Source: Candidatus Aphodosoma intestinipullorum (lineage in GTDB: Bacteria > Bacteroidota > Bacteroidia > Bacteroidales > Paludibacteraceae). From it: DNA of 55,853 bases. Both the position numbers and the translations under genes were made by a program. Below the pieces are notes generated by a model, which saw only the letters and a program-made list of their open reading frames with translations, was not told the origin of the DNA and did not search any database. Positions 47,600 to 55,853 of this stretch are shown piece by piece. The stretch lies in assembly GCA_017694515.1 (NCBI GenBank), contig JADIMV010000083.1, positions 1 through 55,853 of the forward strand. Direction: 5' to 3'. The number at the start of each line of letters is the position of its first letter. Position 1 is the first letter of the stretch.

Positions 47600-50500
47600 T
47601 TACATTTGGCGTTTGACAATGATTTTTTCCGCCGAGCGTGTGCCGTCGGCGAGAGTGGTCTCCACTATATATGTCCCTTCAGTGCCGGGCGATTCCACTA
47701 TGTTTACTCCGGTGGTTATCTTAGTGACGCTGACGAGCTGGCCTGTGACGCTCCATATTCGTGTCACTCCCGCCGCGCTGCTTTTGACCGATATATTGCC
47801 GCCAGTGAATGTAACAGTCGGGAACACTTCTATTTCCGCGAACTTTTCCGGGGTGACAGGGCAGGTGTTCGCCACGCTGCCGTCAGCCCGCGTGAGCTGT
47901 ACGTGGTATTGCGCCTCGGTGTCGAGACCATCAGGCTGATATAGGTTGGCAGACACCTCGCCCGTGAGCGGCATACCGTCCTTGTACCACTGGTAGACCA
48001 CGAAGTCGTAGCCTCCGTTGTATGCGCTGTTGCGCAAGCCCAGCACGTCGTTCCACCGCTGCACGATAATAGTGTCCGGGTAGTTGATGTCCAGTGTTAC
48101 GCTCTTTTCCTCATCGCCGCACTCCATGTTCTCGAAACGGAATGTCGCTGTATATCTGTCTGGCATGATAGTTGGAGGAATAGGTATCACGAGACTCCCG
48201 TCCTCCGGCTTCCCGTCCACTATGTTCAGTTCTTCGGCTCCGGGCTTGTCCACGCTCATGTCATACGAAGTGACGATGCCAGATGAGAGCGTGTACGGTA
48301 TGACAATCGCGCTGTCGTCGGCACATACGCTCACATTCTCCGTCCCAAGCGTGATGATGAGTGATTCGTTCACGAGAAGGTCGAGGTGAACTATGGAGTC
48401 GCATCCCCATTTGCTTTTGAATACCTCCGTGTATGAGCCTGTTTCGTAGAGCGTCTGCGTTCCGAAGATGTATGGTGTATCTGCCGAACAGATGGTGTCC
48501 TTCGTGTATTTCTCATATTTGTCATGCACCGTGAGGTTCAGCGTCACTATCGAGTCGCAGCCTGTGGTCTGGCTGACTACTGTGTCAAAATATTGTCCTT
48601 CGCTGAAAAGGAAATTCCCGCCGAACTCATACGGAGTGCCGTAACAGGTCGTTGCGTTGATGGTGTCGCCAAGCCTGTCGAGCTGCGGCAGGCTGATCTC
48701 GAATGTCCGCGCCTCTTCGCAGTCGGCGAGCTTTGCCCACAGGGTGACTGTATATGTACCGCCTTCCGAAGGGAATGTGTGTACAGGCTCCCATTCGCCG
48801 CATGTAGTGCCGTCGCCGAAATCCCAGTGTACGCTGTCGCATATCTCGTCGGTATATGTCGTGTCGCCGGACAGGGGATTGACCAGTATCACACTGCTGT
48901 GATTAGTGAATCTGACCACGTTCTGACAGCGCTCCACCGCGCTTTCGGCACTCATGTCGGGATGAGGAAAGCGCGGTATGGCTTTGGCCGAAACGGTGAA
49001 GTAGCAGTTGTCGTTTGTCAGCTGGATACATTCGCACCAGTATGTGGCGGTGTCGGGCTGAGGTACGGCTATCTGCTGGCGTGTGCTGTATGTCACATCG
49101 GGTGTGCCGTCCCTGTACCACCGGTAGCGGAAACCTGGAGGCGCTTCGAACTTATTCTCATCGCCTGTGCCGCAGCTCAGGGCACGGATCTGTCCGTCGG
49201 AGCATCCGAGGGCGAAATAGGCATAGCCGAAATGTGCACTCTGCGAACAGTCCTTTGACGTGAGCTGTATCTTCAGGGTCTGCCCCTGATACTCCGCGAG
49301 GTTAACGCCCATGGTGGACCAGTCACGCCACACGAGCGAGTCGATGGTCTCCCAAGTGTCGTCATCTGTATTAGTGCCGGGAATGAAGTCGGCTGTGGCG
49401 CAGCCGTATTCGCTGAGGTCGTAGCCTTCTTCGTCAATCACGCGTAGCGTGAAGCGCGGATTATTCTCCATCACGTGATTAGGGTCTTGCAGCACTACTG
49501 CATATTGCAGCAGCAGTACTGCTGTGTTTTCCAAATCAACGGGGTAGTCATATTCTATCATTTCGGCTTCTGAGCCTACGTCCCAGTTTCCTATCCGGAC
49601 TGAGGCTATCTCGTCTTTCGGTACTGTGCGCAGGCGGTTGGCAGTACGGGGGTCTGTTTCATCCTTGTCGTAGTGGAGGGTGTGCCGGCTGCCTATCGAC
49701 TCATAACCTGCATCGATGATACCCGGATATTTGTCCGGGTGCAGGAAGTCTCCGAAGTAGCATTGGCAGTGTTCGCCTTCAAGATCCATGTAGTCTATGC
49801 AGCGTGTACCGGTGTAGAAGACAAATTGTTTTTTCGATACCCACGCGCTGTGGAACTCTCCGCAGTTAGAGCGTATGTATACATCGTAGACTCCTTCACC
49901 GAACCCGTTTACTGTTACGGAGTTGCCTGTATATTCCCGGTGTTCAACCCAGGCCGTGTCTCCCTGACGGCGGAGGCGGAAATCGTAGCTGTCGGCACTG
50001 CCCTCCCATGTGACGGAAACATATTCTCCGTTTGTGGCGAACTGCACTTTCCGTGGCCTGTCACACGCCCCTTCGGGAATAACATTTATGTTGTCTATGG
50101 CTGCCGATTGATTGTTCACACCGCCTTCGCCGTTGTTCCACATTAGGACGAGCTTGTGCGGCGTGCCGTCCGAGGTGATGGTACAGTATGTTGAGGTCCA
50201 GTCGGTGTCATACAGTTTCTGTCTATTGTCAGTGAAGCGCAGGGCGCAAGTGTCTACCCAGTTAGGACGCAGTCCCTGAGAATGACAGTTGGTGGGTTCG
50301 GTAGCGGGTATCCATCCCACATATAATACATCGTTGATGTTGCCTCCGCACATATAGTCGAACGACAGCTCGTATGTCCCGGCATCAAGAGTGAGCGTGC
50401 GGTAGGCTACGGTGAAGTCGGCGTTGAGCGCGTAGACCGCGCTTGTCCCGCCATCGGAGGAGATGTATATGCCGTAGTCGCCCCCGTTTTTTTCTCCTGT

Positions 50501-50677
50501 GCCTATGTGCCAGATGTTCGCGCATTTCGGTCCTTGGTTGCCAGGGTTAAGTGTCCATGCGCTATGTTCGTTGACATCTTCAAAGTCGCACTCATATTTG
50601 TTGTCTGCGTATGTATGTCCGTATAGTGTGAACGCTATGGCGATGATGGCCATACGTATAGTAATGTGGTTTTTCAT
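47600..50677 (-). CDS. A-type T9SS-sorted surface protein (1025 aa)
   Basis: Signal peptide MKNHITIRMAIIAIAFTLYGHTYA. MAM-like YECDFEDVNEHSAWTL...YELSFDYMCGG. FN3 (VSVTWEG..YDFRLRR..GVYDVYIRSNC). Core CIDYMDL...AHFGYAYFALGC. PKD-like WDFGDGT. Two GCDS repeats, a QWY module, and T9SS CTD ...GTYIVETTLADGTRSAEKIIVKRQM. Confidence 0.92.
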   Translation of the reverse strand: MKNHITIRMAIIAIAFTLYGHTYADNKYECDFEDVNEHSAWTLNPGNQGPKCANIWHIGTGEKNGGDYGIYISSDGGTSAVYALNADFTVAYRTLTLDAGTYELSFDYMCGGNINDVLYVGWIPATEPTNCHSQGLRPNWVDTCALRFTDNRQKLYDTDWTSTYCTITSDGTPHKLVLMWNNGEGGVNNQSAAIDNINVIPEGACDRPRKVQFATNGEYVSVTWEGSADSYDFRLRRQGDTAWVEHREYTGNSVTVNGFGEGVYDVYIRSNCGEFHSAWVSKKQFVFYTGTRCIDYMDLEGEHCQCYFGDFLHPDKYPGIIDAGYESIGSRHTLHYDKDETDPRTANRLRTVPKDEIASVRIGNWDVGSEAEMIEYDYPVDLENTAVLLLQYAVVLQDPNHVMENNPRFTLRVIDEEGYDLSEYGCATADFIPGTNTDDDTWETIDSLVWRDWSTMGVNLAEYQGQTLKIQLTSKDCSQSAHFGYAYFALGCSDGQIRALSCGTGDENKFEAPPGFRYRWYRDGTPDVTYSTRQQIAVPQPDTATYWCECIQLTNDNCYFTVSAKAIPRFPHPDMSAESAVERCQNVVRFTNHSSVILVNPLSGDTTYTDEICDSVHWDFGDGTTCGEWEPVHTFPSEGGTYTVTLWAKLADCEEARTFEISLPQLDRLGDTINATTCYGTPYEFGGNFLFSEGQYFDTVVSQTTGCDSIVTLNLTVHDKYEKYTKDTICSADTPYIFGTQTLYETGSYTEVFKSKWGCDSIVHLDLLVNESLIITLGTENVSVCADDSAIVIPYTLSSGIVTSYDMSVDKPGAEELNIVDGKPEDGSLVIPIPPTIMPDRYTATFRFENMECGDEEKSVTLDINYPDTIIVQRWNDVLGLRNSAYNGGYDFVVYQWYKDGMPLTGEVSANLYQPDGLDTEAQYHVQLTRADGSVANTCPVTPEKFAEIEVFPTVTFTGGNISVKSSAAGVTRIWSVTGQLVSVTKITTGVNIVESPGTEGTYIVETTLADGTRSAEKIIVKRQM

Positions 50678-51204
50678 TTGTCTGTCCTATTGTGCTTTAT
50701 CTTTATGGTAATGGAACACCTCTCATATCATTTGTCTGTGTCTGTTGCGCGGGGAGGGAGCGTCATGCTGTACCCCATGCCAGTTTTAACAGATTGATGC
50801 CGCAGTTTGCCCTGCTGTTAAAAAATAACATTTGACTTATGCGTTTTGTCGTTGTGTTCATTGTTCTCTTAATATTGTTAATCAGTTTAACACTTTCTGT
50901 CTCTCATTTATTGTACCTTGCCCAAGTCCAGCTGCCGCGTTCCCTATGTCAAGGCATTTGCCATACGGCTGTCACGGATGTGTATCCTTTTACCGTGTTT
51001 TCCTTATATATCCGCAGTTGCGGCCAACTGACATGAGATTGCTGTGAAGCATGTCATACACTTTACAATTTACACAGAAGTGCGCGTGCCGTGATAGTGG
51101 CTTAACAAAAAAAAACGTTTGTGTGAGTTAATGGAGCGGTGTGAAGAAGTTTTATGTGTCTGTCGTAATGCATGATGGAAGTGCAAAGAGAGTGAAGAGG
51201 TATG

Positions 51205-51265
51205 TGTAGCCTAAGGAGAGGTTGGCTGAAGAATAGCTCGAGAGTACGTGTTTTTAACTACTTTT
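51205..51265 (-). repeat. Dispersed intergenic element, copy D (degenerate, inverted)
   Basis: The reverse complement of 51239..51258 equals the 20-nt core GTTAAAAACACGTACTCTCG. The heptad array has decayed (agctattcttc / agccaacctct). Confidence 0.7.
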
Positions 51266-51605
51266 TAGATAGATTCATTAGCAGTACTGGAAGAAATGTA
51301 TGCATGGAAGAGGCTGGAGGTTACTATAAGAGAGGAAGGAACGCATGAGATATGCCAGAGAACGGTATTTTCCGGTATGGAGTGGAATTTGTGGACGAAA
51401 GCGTCAGGAAGAGTGAGGCTCCGAATGCGGTTCAGGATAATTTCTTATCGTTTTTCGATAAAAATATTTGGCGGTTCAGCGGAAAATACTTTACTTTGCA
51501 GTGTAAATTGCAATGGCTGTATTGCGTACCCGTGTCAGGCGACGTGTTGGATGTAGGGTCTGTGCGGTGTGATGCCGGCCATTGGGATTCAGGAGACAGT
51601 TGCAG

Positions 51606-52268
51606 ATGAGAAAGTTCAGAATATTGTGCATATCGCTGCTGGTGGTCTTTTTCGCCGGCATGGCGCAGCGTCTGGTGGTGGACTCGCTCTACGGCTACCG
51701 TATGGGCGAGGGTATCGCGCGGCACAGCATGAGCCGTGACCTCGTGGAGGATACGCATGTGAGCCTCGATGTGAAGCTGGATGAGTTCAGCCGCATAGAG
51801 CCTAACGCGGTCAACGGGTTCACGGGCGATTCTGTGATTGTTATTCCTGAAAGGGTCTCTGTGGCGGCGTTTGCGGAGGCGGGCAGTGCCGGATGCCGTT
51901 CCGATATGGTGCTCAGCATAGTTTCCGGTATCCTCAATTTCCTGCTGCTGGGGATATTTTTCGTGATGACGGTCTATTTTGTCAAGATTATTGTGGCGTT
52001 CTCGCGCGATGAGGTGTTCGACAAGCGTATCATACGGTGGATCAGCATCATAGGATGGTGTTTTATTGTGACTGCGGTGTCCAACACGGTCTGGCAGCTG
52101 CTCCGCATACATCATGCCGAGATGACCATTGCGCTGGACAATATGTCGTTCTCATACAGCCACAGCATTGACTGGCATTCGCTGACCTCAGGGCTGATAG
52201 TGCTGTTGCTCAATGAGATATTGAGGATAGCGACTGGCTATAAGGAGGAGCAGGATCTGACGATATAA
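51606..52268 (+). CDS. DUF2975-like multi-pass membrane protein
   Basis: Several TM helices and the family-typical C-terminus ...YKEEQDLTI. It is followed by the usual small HTH partner. ATG 51606 (MRKFRILC...) is preferred. Confidence 0.7.
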   Translation: MRKFRILCISLLVVFFAGMAQRLVVDSLYGYRMGEGIARHSMSRDLVEDTHVSLDVKLDEFSRIEPNAVNGFTGDSVIVIPERVSVAAFAEAGSAGCRSDMVLSIVSGILNFLLLGIFFVMTVYFVKIIVAFSRDEVFDKRIIRWISIIGWCFIVTAVSNTVWQLLRIHHAEMTIALDNMSFSYSHSIDWHSLTSGLIVLLLNEILRIATGYKEEQDLTI

Positions 52269-52325
52269 GTGGGCGGACGGAGTGCGGTGCAGCGGAGGAG
52301 AAGTCAATAGAGTAGAAATGAAGAT

Positions 52326-52526
52326 ATGCCGATAGTAGTTAACCTTGATGCGGTGATGGCCAAGCGCAAGATGTCGCTCAACGAATTGAGCGCGAGAGTG
52401 GACATTACGCCTGCCAACCTTTCCATATTGAAGACAGGAAAGGCGCGTGCCATCCGCTTCTCCACACTGGAGGCTATCTGTGAGGTCTTGGGCTGCCAGC
52501 CCGGCGACATATTGGAGTACAAGTGA
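52326..52526 (+). CDS. Small XRE/YozG-like helix-turn-helix transcriptional regulator
   Basis: 66 aa. VMAKRKMSLNELSARVDITPANLSILKTGKARAIRFSTLEAICEVLGCQPGDILEY matches the short HTH proteins that pair with DUF2975. Confidence 0.85.
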   Translation: MPIVVNLDAVMAKRKMSLNELSARVDITPANLSILKTGKARAIRFSTLEAICEVLGCQPGDILEYK

Positions 52527-52567
52527 ACAATCAATATTTCAAATAACCTTTAACACCAAAGTTTTCT

Positions 52568-55519
52568 ATGCGAAAGAAATTATCACTCGCTTTTGCGGCG
52601 CTTTTCCTGTTCGCCGCAGGCGTGTTCGCGGCGACTGACCACCGCGAAGGTTTTCAGGAGTATAAACTGGCCAACGGCCTGACCGTATTCCTTTGGGAAG
52701 ATGAGGACGCTCCGAGTGTCCACGGGCGTTTTGTGACCCGTGCCGGCTCTATCGACGAGCCTGCCGACTATACCGGTTTGGCGCACTATCTGGAACACAT
52801 GCTCTTTAAGGGTACGGACAAGATAGGCGCACTTGACTGGGAAAAGGAGAAGCCTCTCTATGAAGAGATTATCAGTCTCTATAATGAACTGAACAAGAAC
52901 ACTGACCCGAAGAAGAACGACGAGATTATCAAGGCCATCAACGAGAAGTCTATCGAGGCTGCGAAGTATACGGCCACAGATGAGTTCTCTAACCTGACCA
53001 CAAGCTACGGCGGTACAGGGCTTAATGCCTATACAAGCTATGATGTGACGGTGTATTTCAACGATTTCCCGGCGGGGGCTATGGAGAAGTGGCTTCAGCT
53101 GAACTCGGACCGTCTGATGAACCCGGTGTTCCGTTCTTTCCAGGCTGAGCTTGAGAATGTGTTCGAGGAGTTCAACATGGGACAGGACGACAAACAGAGA
53201 CAGCAGATGCAATTCTGGAACGAGAAGGCGTATGCGGGTACTCCGTATGCACGTTCGGTGATAGGTACTGCGGAGCATCTGAAGAACCCGTCGCTCTCGG
53301 CACTCATCAACTTCTATAATACATGGTATGTGCCTAACAATATGTGTCTCATGCTGGTGGGTAACTTTGATTCTGAGGCGGTGAAACCTCTTATAGAGAA
53401 GACTTTCGGCCGTTTGCAGCCGAAGGAGTTGCCCGCCCGTTTCGAGTATAAGGAGACAGACCTTTCGGGAGACCAGAGGTACACGGCCAAGATGAGCGAC
53501 TACCCGTCTCTGATGTGGTTCTATCCCGGCATTAAAAAAGGTGATAAGGATGAGCTTCTCCTTCAGTTCACTCTCCGCCTGCTGAACAACAGCCGCAGCA
53601 CAGGTCTGCTCGACAAGCTGATGCTGGATGGTACGGTAAACGGCGCATACGCTATGCTTGACACACGTCGTTGCGGCGGACGCATCGTCATCGTGGGAAT
53701 ACCTTATTTCGACATGCAGCAGAGAGCATGGGAGAGCAACCGTGCTACCGAAAAAATCATCATGACCGAGGTAGATAAGTTGAAAAACGGCCAGGTGGAA
53801 GAGTGGCTCTTCAATTCCGTAAAATCGGAAATGCTCCAAGGGTATGAGACCCAGTTCGAGTATGACGGCATGAAGGTGCAGATGATAACAGACGCGTTCA
53901 CATACGGCATAAGCATGGATACCTATTTCGATGAGAAGGCCGCTATCGAGGCCATCACTCTTGATGATGTGAAGGCATGTGCGGCGAAGTATCTCAGTGG
54001 CGACCGTATGCAGATAGCGTTTGAGGAGGGAGAGACCAAGACCAAGAAACTGCCGAAACCGCAGATTAAGCCTCTCGAACAGCCAAAGGGAGTCGAGTCA
54101 GAGTATGCTAAGGCATTCAATGAAATCCCGACAACCCCGACAGTAGAGAAGTATTGCGATTTCAATGAAGTGACTGTGATGCCGCTTTATGACGGTGTGA
54201 CTTTGCACTATTCTCCGAACACCAAGAACGATATTTTCTCCTTACAGATTTCCTATAAGGTAGGTTCGGCTAAGCTGCCTAAGCTGGAGTATGCCGCCTC
54301 GCTGCTCAACTCGGCGGGCATGATGCCTGACGTGAGCGCACAAGATCTGCGCCGCCAGTTGTCAGAACTCGGCGCGACGTGCGGTTTCTCTGCCAGTGAG
54401 AGCTATTTCATAATCACGGTTTCCGGAGAGGAGAAAAATCTCAAAGAGATATGTAACCTCGTGACGCGCCAGACCCTTCTGCCCAACCTCGATGACAAGC
54501 AGATAAAGAGCATGATAAGCAATGCATATTGGGGTCGTATGAACGAGAAGAAGAATCCGGATGTAGTGAAGAGCGCGCTTATGGAGTATATGATATACGG
54601 TGACAAGTCGCACTACATAGACCGCATACCGGTGGAGGATCTTTATAAATACACTGTTATGGACGACGGCACATTCACCGAGTCGTTCCTTATCAACAAG
54701 ACTAACCTGACGGAGACCATCAATGAAGCCACAAGCTATGAGGTTGACCTTAATTACTGCGGTAAAAAACCAATCAGTGAGGTGGCAGAGGTGCTGAAAG
54801 GCAATACGCCTATCAAGGCGGAGATAAAGAGAACCGAGTGTCCTGTAATTCGCGACAAGAAGGGTTATGAAAAGACTTCCATATATTTCCTGCCCGACTC
54901 TAAGTCAGCACAGGCGCAGATATATTTCTATTTCAAGGGCAAACCATGGACTGTCGATGCGAAGAATGATGCAGAGAGAGATGCGTTCAACCAGTACTTT
55001 GCCGGCGGCTTCAGCGGCCTCGTGATGAATGAGATACGTGAGAAGCGTTCAATGGCATATACGGCAGACGGCCGCATGAATGGTGCAGCCCGTCCGAATA
55101 AAGATACATATTTCATGGGCTACATCGGTACACAGCATGACAAAGTGGTGGATGCCATCAATGTCTTCATGAACCTTGTAGATTCCATGCCGCAGTATCC
55201 GGAGCGTATGGATGACATCAAGAACTACCTGCATCAGACAGCATTCATGTACAAGCCTAATATGCGCAACAGGGCAATGCTGTATGAGAGCTGGCGTGAG
55301 TGCGGCTATACGGAAGACCCGACAAAGGCACTGGTGAAGGCGTTTGACGAGATGACGTATGATGACCTGAAGGCGTTCTACGAGGCCAATGTGCAGGGAC
55401 AGCCGATGACCATAATTATCATAGGCGACCCGAAGACCATCAACCAGAAGGCCCTCAAGGCTAAATACGGCAAGATAAACCGCGTCAGCATCAACAGCCT
55501 GTTCAAAGGCGGCTTCTAA
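52568..55519 (+). CDS. M16 (pitrilysin/insulinase) family zinc peptidase, secreted
   Basis: Signal peptide MRKKLSLAFAALFLFAAGVFA. Inverted zinc motif HxxEH in GLAHYLEHMLFKGT. 983 aa with two M16 halves. Confidence 0.9.
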   Translation: MRKKLSLAFAALFLFAAGVFAATDHREGFQEYKLANGLTVFLWEDEDAPSVHGRFVTRAGSIDEPADYTGLAHYLEHMLFKGTDKIGALDWEKEKPLYEEIISLYNELNKNTDPKKNDEIIKAINEKSIEAAKYTATDEFSNLTTSYGGTGLNAYTSYDVTVYFNDFPAGAMEKWLQLNSDRLMNPVFRSFQAELENVFEEFNMGQDDKQRQQMQFWNEKAYAGTPYARSVIGTAEHLKNPSLSALINFYNTWYVPNNMCLMLVGNFDSEAVKPLIEKTFGRLQPKELPARFEYKETDLSGDQRYTAKMSDYPSLMWFYPGIKKGDKDELLLQFTLRLLNNSRSTGLLDKLMLDGTVNGAYAMLDTRRCGGRIVIVGIPYFDMQQRAWESNRATEKIIMTEVDKLKNGQVEEWLFNSVKSEMLQGYETQFEYDGMKVQMITDAFTYGISMDTYFDEKAAIEAITLDDVKACAAKYLSGDRMQIAFEEGETKTKKLPKPQIKPLEQPKGVESEYAKAFNEIPTTPTVEKYCDFNEVTVMPLYDGVTLHYSPNTKNDIFSLQISYKVGSAKLPKLEYAASLLNSAGMMPDVSAQDLRRQLSELGATCGFSASESYFIITVSGEEKNLKEICNLVTRQTLLPNLDDKQIKSMISNAYWGRMNEKKNPDVVKSALMEYMIYGDKSHYIDRIPVEDLYKYTVMDDGTFTESFLINKTNLTETINEATSYEVDLNYCGKKPISEVAEVLKGNTPIKAEIKRTECPVIRDKKGYEKTSIYFLPDSKSAQAQIYFYFKGKPWTVDAKNDAERDAFNQYFAGGFSGLVMNEIREKRSMAYTADGRMNGAARPNKDTYFMGYIGTQHDKVVDAINVFMNLVDSMPQYPERMDDIKNYLHQTAFMYKPNMRNRAMLYESWRECGYTEDPTKALVKAFDEMTYDDLKAFYEANVQGQPMTIIIIGDPKTINQKALKAKYGKINRVSINSLFKGGF

Positions 55520-55557
55520 GTCTGATTCGTAAGAGGCCATCGTGCCTTATGGTATCC

Positions 55558-55600
55558 CGGCGGGTACGCGACAGAGTTCGTGTACCCGCCGTTTCTTTTT
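55558..55600 (+). terminator. Rho-independent terminator after the M16 peptidase gene
   Basis: ccggcgggtacgcga...tcgtgtacccgccg stem with one mismatch, followed by TTTCTTTTT. Confidence 0.7.
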
Positions 55601-55748
55601 ATGGTGCAAATTGCAACATCCCGGTATGTCAGTGCATCTCTATATAAGAGACCCATAGTATGGTGTCTTGCGGGGTTGCCGAAAACCGGAAAGAGTAGGC
55701 TGTGACATTATAATCTATATTTCTACGCGAGTTCGGGATAACGGCCGC

Positions 55749-55853
55749 TTAAAACATGGCAAATTGCGTGCTGCTCTCGAATTGGACCGGCAACGCCTGC
55801 GGCTTGTTGTCGAAGAAGCAGTAAGCCGTGAGGGCCGAACAGATGTTCATGAT
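55749..55853 (-). CDS. 3' end of an unidentified gene running off the window
   Basis: Open frame from the window edge to TAA at 55749..55751 (...FFDNKPQALPVQFESSTQFAMF*). The C-terminal aromatic residue is compatible with an outer-membrane beta-barrel, but 35 codons are too few to call. Confidence 0.3.
   Translation of the reverse strand: MMNICSALTAYCFFDNKPQALPVQFESSTQFAMF

Noticed and set aside
2-50677. Recent gene conversion or an assembly duplication between the two cassettes.
   Set aside because: Even the most conserved protein blocks differ at many synonymous positions between copies. One example is the QWY module, 4861..4960 against the reverse complement of 44600..44700. No long identical nucleotide tracts were seen.
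50839-51036. 65-aa hydrophobic ORF (MRFVVVFIVLLILLISLTL...) upstream of the right cassette.
   Set aside because: It lies in an AT/T-rich tract where hydrophobic codons arise by chance. It overlaps a second ORF in another frame and has no promoter or motif support. Only ribosome profiling could rescue it.
1-55853. CRISPR arrays, tRNA/rRNA genes, transposases, integrases and T9SS machinery genes.
   Set aside because: I saw no regularly spaced direct repeats, no tRNA-like T-arm (GGTTCGAATCC-type) or rRNA signatures in the intergenic regions, and no ORF with DDE, tyrosine- or serine-recombinase motifs or Por/Gld/Spr-like motifs.

Overview
This looks like a Bacteroidales-type chromosomal segment. 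Support: TAnnTTTG -7 boxes, A-rich leaders without Shine-Dalgarno sites, and many T9SS C-terminal sorting domains. About 60% of the window is two diverged three-gene cassettes that point toward each other. Each cassette encodes an A protein (~1,000 aa), a B protein (~1,150 aa) and a giant G protein (~2,850 aa). The left cassette is on the + strand (2..14210) and the right one on the - strand (35296..50677). All six products are signal-peptide-bearing, T9SS-sorted surface proteins. They are built from MAM / choice-of-anchor-J-like jelly-roll modules, FN3 modules, a conserved core I cannot name, Cys-containing GCDS repeats and a QWY module. The right-hand B gene is broken by a single frameshift. 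The cassettes bracket ~21 kb of core genes:
- hutU-hutH-hutI-mnmA
- a PspC-domain peptide
- metG
- a long NagB/PIG-L fusion
- a transglutaminase-like lipoprotein
- a thiamine cluster (thiD, tenA, thiE, thiS)

The thiamine cluster is interrupted by an AT-rich Fic island. It is headed by a translationally coupled UbiA-prenyltransferase / radical-SAM pair. The right flank carries a DUF2975 + small HTH pair, an M16 peptidase and a partial ORF. The most unusual non-coding signal is a dispersed intergenic element present in four copies. It has an identical 20-nt core, followed in three copies by CCGAAGC heptads phased at exactly 11 nt. I found no rRNA, tRNA, CRISPR array, transposase or integrase. 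All family assignments rest on motifs read by eye and need HMM or BLAST confirmation.
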